Shown piece after piece: positions 16,137-24,200 of a stretch of DNA of 64,000 nt. Made by a program: the position numbers and the translations under genes. Origin of the DNA: Chloroflexota bacterium (GTDB lineage Bacteria > Chloroflexota > Dehalococcoidia > GIF9 > UBA5629); NCBI GenBank assembly GCA_016865855.1, contig VGNX01000001.1, forward strand, positions 1,060-65,059, read 5' to 3'. The notes under the pieces were generated by a model that did not search any database, was not told where the DNA came from, and saw only the letters and a program-made list of their open reading frames with translations. Every line of letters begins with the position of its first letter. The first letter of the stretch is position 1.

Positions 16137-16322
16137 TGTCATTGCGAGATACAGAGTGCCGGGCAATCTCGGTTTTCCCTTTCTGTCGTTGCGAAGAGCG
16201 TGAGTGATGTGGCAATCTCCCTTATACCATTCTGTCATTGCGAGGCATGAAATGCCGTGACAATCTCGGCGGGGGGATGACATGAGATTCTTCTCCTTCA
16301 CTTCGTTCAGTGTCAGAATGAC
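16137..16322. repeat. cluster of short hairpin-repeat units (3x GTCATTGCGAG...CAATCTC type, 1x GAGATTCTTC...CAGAATGAC type)
   Basis: Units lie at 16137..16172, 16183..16220, 16232..16269 and 16284..16322. Track ORF 16092..16301 is just their translation. Confidence 0.8.
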
Positions 16323-16338
16323 GGCCTAGATTATTAAC

Positions 16339-16492
16339 AGGCTGTCCGAAAATGTAGTCTCGACCCTTTAGGGTCGGGGGCTCCCGAGGCTAAAGCCTCG
16401 GGGCTACATGTTTAATGTGTATCACCAATGAGCTATAATTTTTCCCACAAAGTGGGAGAGACAGATTGCCAGTTAGAGTTTTCGGACGGCCT
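16339..16492 (+). mobile_element. MITE-like element, copy A (subfamily A/C)
   Basis: Terminal inverted repeats (TIRs) are AGGCTGTCCGAAAA ... TTTTCGGACGGCCT. It carries a nested REP-like palindrome. The element is collinear with copies at 48403..48554, 57722..57873 and 58708..58859. Confidence 0.8.
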
Positions 16493-16517
16493 CTTAAACG
16501 CTCTTTAAAAGGTCAAC

Positions 16518-17132
16518 ATGAAGTCAAGCTTTTGGGATTATAAGGAAAACAACTGGCAGCCATTCGTCGCTGGCATCATCGCGGGCTTCATTCTGGTTGC
16601 CATCATATTTGCCTTACCGCTCAAGACCGTCTCCACTGAGACTACAGAGACCTATTACACTACCGAAATAAAACAGGAACCATATATGGTGAGTGAACCG
16701 TATGTAACCAGAGAAGTCTACGAGCAAACTAAGGTCTTCGCCGATGGGCACTATAAAGTTGTTCCCAGCGGGATTATAATACCTGTTTACATTGACAGAC
16801 CTGATGCCCAGCTTATTGGTAAATTCGAAAATCCGATTCCAGGCAGCTTTGTAATCATTACCACTCCGAATCGTATAATTTGGGAAACATTTGGCTCCCG
16901 AGGCAACATTGATCTACTGATTTCACCAGGACAATACCTGGCTAGATTTCAGGAGAACATAATGTGGGGAGAGGATTGCTATATCTATCTGGCAATGAAA
17001 TGGACTGAGGCGCAAGAAGTAACAAAGTACAAGGAGATTACAAAATACCGGGGAGTCCCTGTGCAGGTAGAAAAGCAAAGGACGATTGTAAAACAAGACA
17101 GAATATCGATATGGAAGCAAATCTTCAAATAA
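16518..17132 (+). CDS. membrane-anchored protein, unknown function
   Basis: 204-aa ORF with a single N-terminal TM helix (FVAGIIAGFILVAIIFALPL). No family recognised. Confidence 0.6.
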   Translation: MKSSFWDYKENNWQPFVAGIIAGFILVAIIFALPLKTVSTETTETYYTTEIKQEPYMVSEPYVTREVYEQTKVFADGHYKVVPSGIIIPVYIDRPDAQLIGKFENPIPGSFVIITTPNRIIWETFGSRGNIDLLISPGQYLARFQENIMWGEDCYIYLAMKWTEAQEVTKYKEITKYRGVPVQVEKQRTIVKQDRISIWKQIFK

Positions 17133-17146
17133 AGAGGAGTGAATAC

Positions 17147-17680
17147 ATGGAAAGGTCAGTAGACGAAATTTTGAACAGGGCATTTGAAAGCGCCAAACAA
17201 CATGAGCTAAAAAGCGGCGGCTGTCCTCAATGCACCATTGCCGGCATCTTCGAAACCCTCGGCATTGAAAATGATGACGTCTTCAGAGCCGCAACTGGTT
17301 TCGCCGACGGAGTTGGGCTAACCGGAGATGGACATTGCGGTGCCCTCTCTGGTGGAACTATGGCCATAAGCTACCTCTTTGGTAGGGAAAAAGAGGATTT
17401 TGGTAACATTATGAAACAATTAAGGGCATGCATACTATCTAAGAAACTGCATGACCAATTTGTTGAAAAATACGGTACCTGCCGATGCGCTGATATTCAA
17501 ACAAAGCTTGTCGGCAGATTTTTCAATCTCTACGAACCAACCGAAATGGAAGCAGCCCTGAAAGCAGGTATGCCGGACAAATGTTCAACTATTATTGGGG
17601 AGATAGCTAAGATGGCAACGAAAATCATCTTGGAGGAAAGAGAAAGGGAGGCTCAAAAGGAGAAGGAGGGAAAGTCTTAG
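17147..17680 (+). CDS. C_GCAxxG_C_C family protein
   Basis: Contains GGCPQCT, GDGHCGALSGG, GTCRCADI and DKCS. ATG 17147 is preceded by AGAGGAG; the track start at 17111 overlaps the upstream gene. Confidence 0.75.
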   Translation: MERSVDEILNRAFESAKQHELKSGGCPQCTIAGIFETLGIENDDVFRAATGFADGVGLTGDGHCGALSGGTMAISYLFGREKEDFGNIMKQLRACILSKKLHDQFVEKYGTCRCADIQTKLVGRFFNLYEPTEMEAALKAGMPDKCSTIIGEIAKMATKIILEEREREAQKEKEGKS

Positions 17681-17734
17681 ACTCGAGGCCGGCAAAGGAC
17701 ACCGTAATCGGGGTCGTGGAAATGGAAATTTGAT

Positions 17735-18853
17735 ATGCTGACAGAAGGTATATCCATAGGCAAGGCATTCGGTATACCTCTAAGGTTGCATTACTCCTGG
17801 TTTATCGTCTTTGTGCTTATAACCTGGTCACTAGCTTACAACTTCTTGCATACTTATCCACAATGGAGCCTGGCCACCTCGATAGTCGCCGGTGTGGTAA
17901 CAAGCCTGCTATTCTTCGCTTCTGTGTTAGCCCATGAGCTATCGCACAGCCTGGTGGCCCAAGCAGCCGGTATTCCGATTCAATCCATAACCCTGTTTAT
18001 CTTCGGCGGTGTTTCCCAGATGGTCGAAGAGCCCAAACAGCCTCAGGTTGAGTTCCGCATGGCTCTGGCCGGCCCGCTGACCAGCCTGGTACTGGGTGGT
18101 ATATTCCTGGCAATCTGGTACTGGCTGGGAGGTGTGTCTGAATTCATAAAAGCAATATGTTTCTGGCTCGGATGGATTAACATCGCTCTGGCCGCTTTCA
18201 ACCTTGTCCCTGGCTTCCCGCTCGACGGCGGTCGGGTGCTACGCTCACTATTATGGTGGCAAAGTCAAGACCTGCGCAGGTCCACCCGGATAGCGTCCAA
18301 TATCGGCCGTGGAATAGGTTATCTGCTCATCTTCATTGGCATAGCGCTTATCTTCTTTGGCAACTGGATCAACGGACTGTGGCTTGCTTTCATCGGCTGG
18401 TTTCTGGAAAACGCCGCTGCCAGCAGCTACCGCCAGCTAGCCCTTCAGGATATACTCAGAGGCCACCGTGTCAGCGAGCTGATGATTCGAGACTGTTCCG
18501 TCGTACTGCCACAGGTCACCATCCAGCAACTGGTGAACGACCAAATCCTGACTTCCGGCCGCCGCTGCTTCCCTGTAGTACAAAATGACCGCGTCCTCGG
18601 CTTGATTACCATACACGATATTAAAGGAGTACCACGCGAGCAATGGCCGGCTAAAACGGTGGGGGAAGCCATGACACCCTTCGCCAATCTGAAGTCGGTG
18701 AGTCCGGATGAAGACCTGGCCACCGTTCTAAAGATATTGACGGAACAGAATATAAATCAACTGCCAGTAGTCAAGGATGGCAACATCATTGGCATGATTG
18801 CCCGCGACAACCTACTTTCCTTCATCAGCGTTCGCAGCGAATTAGGCGCGTAA
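17735..18853 (+). CDS. site-2 protease family (M50) zinc metalloprotease with C-terminal CBS pair
   Basis: Has HELSHSLVA (HExxH), multiple TM helices, FNLVPGFPLDGGRV and a C-terminal CBS-like tandem. Confidence 0.85.
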   Translation: MLTEGISIGKAFGIPLRLHYSWFIVFVLITWSLAYNFLHTYPQWSLATSIVAGVVTSLLFFASVLAHELSHSLVAQAAGIPIQSITLFIFGGVSQMVEEPKQPQVEFRMALAGPLTSLVLGGIFLAIWYWLGGVSEFIKAICFWLGWINIALAAFNLVPGFPLDGGRVLRSLLWWQSQDLRRSTRIASNIGRGIGYLLIFIGIALIFFGNWINGLWLAFIGWFLENAAASSYRQLALQDILRGHRVSELMIRDCSVVLPQVTIQQLVNDQILTSGRRCFPVVQNDRVLGLITIHDIKGVPREQWPAKTVGEAMTPFANLKSVSPDEDLATVLKILTEQNINQLPVVKDGNIIGMIARDNLLSFISVRSELGA

Positions 18854-18908
18854 TCTGTGGATGAGCCCATGCACACCATCTTGCACGTGTGACTAGGATA
18901 ACAACACC

Positions 18909-21275
18909 TTATACCTGCAGGCGAGTGCGGGCGATGATCTCTCGTTTGGCAGCGTCGGGGAGGTCATCGAAATAGGCGCAATAGCCGGAAACGCGCACTA
19001 CCAAATCTGGATACTTGCCGGGATTGCGGCGGGCATCCTCCAGCACGTCGGGATCGAGCACGTTCAACTGCATCTCCAGCCCACCTGAACCGAAGAAGCC
19101 TTTCACCAGACCAGCCAGGATGTTCACCCCTCGGTCACCGGCCAGAGTATTAGGGTCGAAGCGGAGATTCAGAGCATAACCGTTTGGCGACAGGGTAGAG
19201 TCTACATGCGCCACCGAGTTCAGCAAAGCGGTGGGGCCAAGGCGGTCACACCCGTTGGTCGCCCCCAGGCTAGCCGCAAACGGTCCCCTTGCCTTCCTTC
19301 CGCTGGGCAAAGCACCAACACGCTTCCCGAAAGCCACATGGCAGGTCACGGAATAAAACCCAGGCACATAAGGACCGCCACGCGTATTGCGATGTTGAGC
19401 TAAGGCCGAGTGGAAAATATTTACTACCAGATTGGCATAGCCATCGGGCAGATGATGGTCATTCCCGTACTTGGGAGCTTTGAGCAGCTCAGCTCGTAGT
19501 TCAGGAGCGGTGGCAAAATTGTCACGCAGCGCTTCCAGTACTTGGGCCATGGTGTACCTACCCCGCTGAAAAACCACATCATCCAGCGCAGCCAGTGAAT
19601 CGGCCACGTCCGCTACTCCTACCCCCTGAATGCCGCTGGAGTTATACAGGGCTCCGCCGGCAGTTACATCCTTCCCCGACTCCAAACAGCCATCCACCAG
19701 CATCGAAGAAAGCGGGGTGGGATGATACTCACGATTCCCCTTCTCAATCACCTGCAGGTCATAAATCATGCGCGCCACCATGTACTCCACCTGCATACGG
19801 AAGGTCTCGACCACCTGGTCAATGCTGGTGAACGAAGTTGCCTCAGGGGTGACAGCACCAATTTGGTGGCCACCTTTGAGCCGCCTGCCACAATTAAGCG
19901 CCAGCTCGAGACAGAAAGGAAGATTGAAGAGCGCCGCATCTGTGGAAAAGAAGCTCTTTCCCGGCAGGGCTAGCTCCACACAGCCCACTACGGCATAATC
20001 GCGTGCTTCTTCCAGTGGATAGCCATGTGAGACAAACGCGGCTACCGCAGCCTCGTCATTGAACAGCGCCGGTACCCCATTGCCTTTCCTGGCCACATCT
20101 GCCACCCGCCTAAGATAATCTTCTGGAGAACCGGCGTGAATGCGCGCCTGATAGTTTGGATCACGCAGACCGGATTCCTCCATTACATCAAGAAGGAGGT
20201 AGGTAAGCTCATTGACGGCATCCTTTCCCTCTCTGTCCATGCCCCCGACTATCGCTGCCTGCACCACAAGATAGCCGCCATGATACTGGCTGACCCCCTC
20301 GGAAAGCAGGAAGACATGCTCAGTGGCCTTGGCCGAGAAGCAAAGCATAAGCTCACGGGCTTGCTCCGAGGTGATTCTACCTTCCTCAAGGTCGCGCTTG
20401 TAGCAAGGATAAAGATACTGGTCCATCCGCCCAAAGGAGATAGCCGAGTTAAGCCCCTCCAGACACACTGCCATGTGCGTCAGCCACAGCAACTGCAGAG
20501 CTTCATGAAAGGTCTCAGCCGGGCTATATGGAACCTTGTGACATATTCTTGCTATTTCCTTAAGCTCAGCGGCACGCGCCACATCCCTTTCTTCACTGAC
20601 TAGATGCTCAGCCTCCTGTGCCAGGCGCCTGGCAAAATCAACCAGCCCCTCACAGGCAATGTGCGCGGCATTGTAGAGGTCACCTTCTTTTCCTTTTATA
20701 ACCTCCAGGTAACCCTTCACCCCCAGCTTGAGCATCTTTTCGTAGTCAGGCAGAAAATGTCCAATGCCGCCGGCCTCGTTGATCAGGTAACAGGTGGCCT
20801 TAAGCTGCTCCAACACATAGCGCAGCAGCTCTCGCCACCGTGGGGAAAAAGCTTGAACCGGCATATTACGGAAGAGCCAACAGGGGAATACGCCGAAGAG
20901 CAGCTTCAGACGATCACGCCAGGAGATGCGTAAAGGTGTCGTCTTCCTTTTATCTATCCACAGCAAGTCCGTAGCCATGAATACACCGCTCAACTCAGGC
21001 TGAATGAGGGCTGAGATGCGCCGGCTGCCCATATTGCCAACGATAAGCTCATCAGGATAGATGTGCACCGATTTATGCCTCAAAAGATGACGCAATGTCT
21101 TAGCCTTGCGAATCACCATCGGTTCGGTTGGGTCATCGTGATGCTTAAAGTAGTCGGTGATAAGATATGCCCGCTCCGGGCACAAGTAAACCGGGGTAGA
21201 GAGGAGTTCCTGCTTTATGCGCTTGAAGCGCCTAGATTTTTCTTTCCCCTCCAGGCTTTTAACGTCAACTTTCAT
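18909..21275 (-). CDS. glycyl radical enzyme (PFL2/glycerol dehydratase-like family)
   Basis: About 788 aa. The C-terminal glycyl-radical motif is LVVRVSGYCAYF and the thiyl loop is VVGCVELALPG. ATG 21275 has GGGGGAG upstream; the track start at 21329 adds 18 aa. Confidence 0.85.
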   Translation of the reverse strand: MKVDVKSLEGKEKSRRFKRIKQELLSTPVYLCPERAYLITDYFKHHDDPTEPMVIRKAKTLRHLLRHKSVHIYPDELIVGNMGSRRISALIQPELSGVFMATDLLWIDKRKTTPLRISWRDRLKLLFGVFPCWLFRNMPVQAFSPRWRELLRYVLEQLKATCYLINEAGGIGHFLPDYEKMLKLGVKGYLEVIKGKEGDLYNAAHIACEGLVDFARRLAQEAEHLVSEERDVARAAELKEIARICHKVPYSPAETFHEALQLLWLTHMAVCLEGLNSAISFGRMDQYLYPCYKRDLEEGRITSEQARELMLCFSAKATEHVFLLSEGVSQYHGGYLVVQAAIVGGMDREGKDAVNELTYLLLDVMEESGLRDPNYQARIHAGSPEDYLRRVADVARKGNGVPALFNDEAAVAAFVSHGYPLEEARDYAVVGCVELALPGKSFFSTDAALFNLPFCLELALNCGRRLKGGHQIGAVTPEATSFTSIDQVVETFRMQVEYMVARMIYDLQVIEKGNREYHPTPLSSMLVDGCLESGKDVTAGGALYNSSGIQGVGVADVADSLAALDDVVFQRGRYTMAQVLEALRDNFATAPELRAELLKAPKYGNDHHLPDGYANLVVNIFHSALAQHRNTRGGPYVPGFYSVTCHVAFGKRVGALPSGRKARGPFAASLGATNGCDRLGPTALLNSVAHVDSTLSPNGYALNLRFDPNTLAGDRGVNILAGLVKGFFGSGGLEMQLNVLDPDVLEDARRNPGKYPDLVVRVSGYCAYFDDLPDAAKREIIARTRLQV

Positions 21276-21340
21276 GGACACTCCCCCCTTATTCCCTGCA
21301 GAATAGGTCATTGCCCGCCGGAATGTCAAGAATTTGAAAT

Positions 21341-21532
21341 GTCATTGCGAGGGGCCTAAGCCCCAAAGCAATACCTGCGCTTTCCCGTCATTGCGAGGAG
21401 CGCAAGCGACGTGGCAATCTCGGTGGAGAGCACGGGGCATTGAGATTGCTTCGCTGCGCTCGCAATGACACGAAGACAAGCCACGACCCTTTAGGGTCAT
21501 GCTGGCCGAGGCTAAAGCCTCACCACTACATG
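21341..21532. repeat. hairpin-repeat units plus a degenerate REP-like palindrome
   Basis: Three units: gtcattgcgaggggcctaagccccaaagcaat; gtcattgcgaggagcgcaagcgacgtggcaatctcgg paired with gagattgcttcgctgcgctcgcaatgac; then ccacgaccctttagggtc...gaggctaaagcctc...ctacatg. Confidence 0.75.
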
Positions 21533-21739
21533 TCTCGTTCCCCCTCTCCCTTGACGCGAGGAAGGGTGGGCAGGCATCCAGCGAGGATTTACTCCCGCTG
21601 GGATATGGGGAACGGGAAAGGGTCAGGGTGAGGGTGAAATATCCCTCCTGTCTGCATCATTTTGTGCCTTAAAGTATTGACAAATATTATAAAGTGCTGT
21701 AAAATATCTAACAGTGGTCACATTTGCCTGATGCACTGG

Positions 21740-22303
21740 ATGGAGGATAAGAAAGCTGCTATGAGTGAACTTCTTACCGTTAATGAGATAGCCAATTACC
21801 TCAAATTAGACCCGGTGACGGTGAGACGCAAGGCGGCGAAGGGGGAAATGCCGGCGATAAAGCTTGGCAAGCAGTTTCGGTTCGATAGAGACCAGATCGA
21901 TAAATGGCTGCTCCACCAGACAGTGGGCAGACCAGCCCACATCCTAGTCATCGACGACGAACCCGTCGTCGGACAGCTCTTCAGAGATAGCCTGGAGAAA
22001 AGTGGCTGCAAGGTAACAACCACATTGAGCGGTCTCGAGGCATTGGAACTCGCCGCTAGGCAGTGCTTCGATTTGATTTTCCTCGACCTGGTCATGCCAA
22101 AAATTGATGGCAGCGAGCTTTTCCGCCGTATCAGGAAAATAGACAAGCAGGTACCCATAGCCATCATCACCGGCTATCCGGATAGCGAATTGCTCATAAA
22201 AGCTAAGGAGCAAGGCCCTTTTATAATTATGATTAAGCCTTTTACTGGTGACGAGATACTACAAGCAGTCCATACCTTTAGTCGGCAGTCGAACAGTCTG
22301 TAG
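21740..22303 (+). CDS. response regulator with N-terminal excisionase/MerR-type HTH and C-terminal receiver domain
   Basis: LLTVNEIANYLKLDPVTVRRKAAKGEMPAIKLGKQFRFDRDQIDKWL is followed by ILVIDDEPVV...DLIFLDLVMPKIDG. The start is uncertain (ATG 21740 or 21761). Confidence 0.75.
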   Translation: MEDKKAAMSELLTVNEIANYLKLDPVTVRRKAAKGEMPAIKLGKQFRFDRDQIDKWLLHQTVGRPAHILVIDDEPVVGQLFRDSLEKSGCKVTTTLSGLEALELAARQCFDLIFLDLVMPKIDGSELFRRIRKIDKQVPIAIITGYPDSELLIKAKEQGPFIIMIKPFTGDEILQAVHTFSRQSNSL

Positions 22304-22319
22304 TCGGAGATAAGGGCTA

Positions 22320-22847
22320 ATGTCAAAGATTGAGAGTTTTGAGGTAAGCAGCGGCTCGGGTCTGGGGCTCAGTGTCTACCATGACAGCAACACCGAGCAC
22401 GGCGGCAGAATATATGCGGAAAGCAAACCGGGAAGGGGGGCAACCTCCATCATTGAGCCACCAAGCCAAAAAAAGGCAGCGGGCAATATAATAATTGTGG
22501 ATAATGAGCCACTAATTCGCAATATTTTGGCCAGAATTCTCTCAGATAAGGGGCACCAAGCGCAGGTTGTATCCAACGGTAAAGCCGCCTTAGCCAAGCT
22601 AGCTAAAAACGTTTATGACCTCCTCATAGTTGACCTCAAGATGTCTGGGCTGAGCGGGAGGGAGCTATACGAAATTATGAAAAAGAGTCACCCTAACATG
22701 GCCAAAAGAGTCGTGTTTATCACCGGTGATGTCGTCACAGCGGATACCCATGACTTCCTGGTATCAACAGGAAAACCATATTTGAGCAAGCTTTTCAATC
22801 CAAGAGAGATAATAGATATTATTGAAAAGGCCCTGGGCAAAATATAA
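22320..22847 (+). CDS. receiver-domain protein carrying a vestigial HATPase_c tail (probable remnant of a hybrid histidine kinase)
   Basis: The N-terminus SGSGLGLSVYHDSNTEHGGRIYAESKPGRGATSIIEPP parallels [37 protein letters not shown] of the kinase at 24201..26942. A receiver domain follows (IIIVDNEP...DLLIVDLKMSGLSG...VVFITGD). Confidence 0.6.
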   Translation: MSKIESFEVSSGSGLGLSVYHDSNTEHGGRIYAESKPGRGATSIIEPPSQKKAAGNIIIVDNEPLIRNILARILSDKGHQAQVVSNGKAALAKLAKNVYDLLIVDLKMSGLSGRELYEIMKKSHPNMAKRVVFITGDVVTADTHDFLVSTGKPYLSKLFNPREIIDIIEKALGKI

Positions 22848-22849
22848 AA

Positions 22850-23009
22850 ATCAAATACCGAAATGCAAAATGACAGGCCAAAATTCAAAATGGAATACGG
22901 AGGGCAAAAATAAACATTTTTGCATTTTTATTTGTCATTTTGACTTTTAACTTTTGATATAGTCGCCTTGGGTTGGGCTGGGGCGAGGCTAAAGCCTCGC
23001 AACTACATG
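22850..23009. repeat. AT-rich low-complexity repeat plus half REP-like palindrome
   Basis: Contains aaatgcaaaatgaca / tgtcattttgac and GCAAAAAT-aaac-ATTTTTGC hairpins, then ggggcgaggctaaagcctcgcaactacatg (22974..23009). Track ORF 22885..23118 is spurious. Confidence 0.6.
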
Positions 23010-23041
23010 AATAGTATAGGCATAGATAGAGGGTAAGCGCA

Positions 23042-24112
23042 ATGAAAAAGGAACAAAATAAAGCAAAAATCTTAATCGTGGATGATGAGGCACGGGTAAG
23101 AGAAATCCTTTCCCGCAAGCTAGCCGATAAGGGTTACCACTGCCTCACAGCCCCCAATGGTAACAACGCCTTGAAACTGCTGAAAGCTGACCAGGTTGAC
23201 CTGGTTTTGCTGGACATTATGATGCCGGGTAAATCCGGTACAGAGGTATTGAAAGAAATTAAAGCCAAGTATCCAGATACTGCCGTCATCATGGTAACTG
23301 CCATAGCTGATGCCCAGACAGCTATAGGCCTGATGAAGGTGGGTGCCTATGACTATATGATCAAGCCAGTTGAGCTAAACGTGCTCCTGCTTAGCCTGGA
23401 CAGAGCCCTGGAGAAAAGAAGGCTGGTAATTGAAAACAGAGACCACCAACTTCATCTTGAACAGAAGGTCAAAGAGCAGACTAAGAAAATACGCCAGTCA
23501 TTTCTCAACTCTATCACCTCCTTAGCTTACGCCCTAGAAGCCAAGGACAAATATACTCACGGGCATTCGGAGAGGGTGACAGAAATAGCTGTGGCCATAG
23601 CTCGGGAACTAGCTCTCCCGAAATGCATGATCGAGAAGATACAGCTGGCCGGGTTGCTTCACGATGTCGGCAAGATAGGAGTGACCGAATTAATCTTAAA
23701 CAAGCCAGGTAAGCTCACCAATGAGGAGTTCGAACAGGTAAAGTCCCACTGTGAACTAGGAGAGCGCATCCTAAGCCCTATGGTCGAAGATAAAGAAATA
23801 CTGGAGATGGTCAGGCATCACCACGAGCGCTATGATGGCACTGGCTATCCTGATGGGCTATCAGGCAGGCAGATAACAAAAGAGGCTAGCATTATGGCAG
23901 TTGCTGAGGTCTACGCTAGTATATTTTCACCAGGAGCTATGGCTTTAGCTGTAGCCGATGCCTATGATGCCATGACCTCAGACCGTCCGTATCGACCAGC
24001 AATGACCTCTGAAGCCGCCTGCGCCGAACTAAAGAAGGGTAAGGGAAAACAATTTGACCCAATTATAGTCGACGCTCTTCTGAGGCTCCTAAGCAAAGGT
24101 AAAAAACTATGA
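23042..24112 (+). CDS. response regulator with HD-GYP phosphodiesterase domain (RpfG-like)
   Basis: Receiver (ILIVDDEARV...DLVLLDIMMPGKSG), followed by HGHSERV, HDVGKIGV and HHERYDGTGYPDGL. Confidence 0.85.
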   Translation: MKKEQNKAKILIVDDEARVREILSRKLADKGYHCLTAPNGNNALKLLKADQVDLVLLDIMMPGKSGTEVLKEIKAKYPDTAVIMVTAIADAQTAIGLMKVGAYDYMIKPVELNVLLLSLDRALEKRRLVIENRDHQLHLEQKVKEQTKKIRQSFLNSITSLAYALEAKDKYTHGHSERVTEIAVAIARELALPKCMIEKIQLAGLLHDVGKIGVTELILNKPGKLTNEEFEQVKSHCELGERILSPMVEDKEILEMVRHHHERYDGTGYPDGLSGRQITKEASIMAVAEVYASIFSPGAMALAVADAYDAMTSDRPYRPAMTSEAACAELKKGKGKQFDPIIVDALLRLLSKGKKL

Positions 24113-24200
24113 GGTTGATTACTAAATTAAAAACGTCAGAGAGAAAGAAAGACAAGAATTATGGCGTCAGACGAGATGGAGTTAGACAGGGGATGTAAAG

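Noticed and set aside
16092-16301. ORFs built from hairpin repeats (16092..16301, 21440..21631, 22885..23118, 27045..27308, 33449..33817, 33729..34019, 50639..50869, 50765..50953)
   Set aside because: Their sequences are simply translations of the intergenic repeat units (peptides such as VIASEAWQS / RFARNDK / SLRMT). They have no SD, and the same peptides appear in several frames and on both strands.
16137-16322. Possible CRISPR array, suggested by regularly recurring ~35-nt units here and at 61050..61195
   Set aside because: The units are imperfect, variably spaced (about 10-25 nt), frequently inverted relative to each other, and internally variable with conserved ends. That is the opposite of the CRISPR repeat/spacer pattern. 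There are no cas genes in 64 kb.
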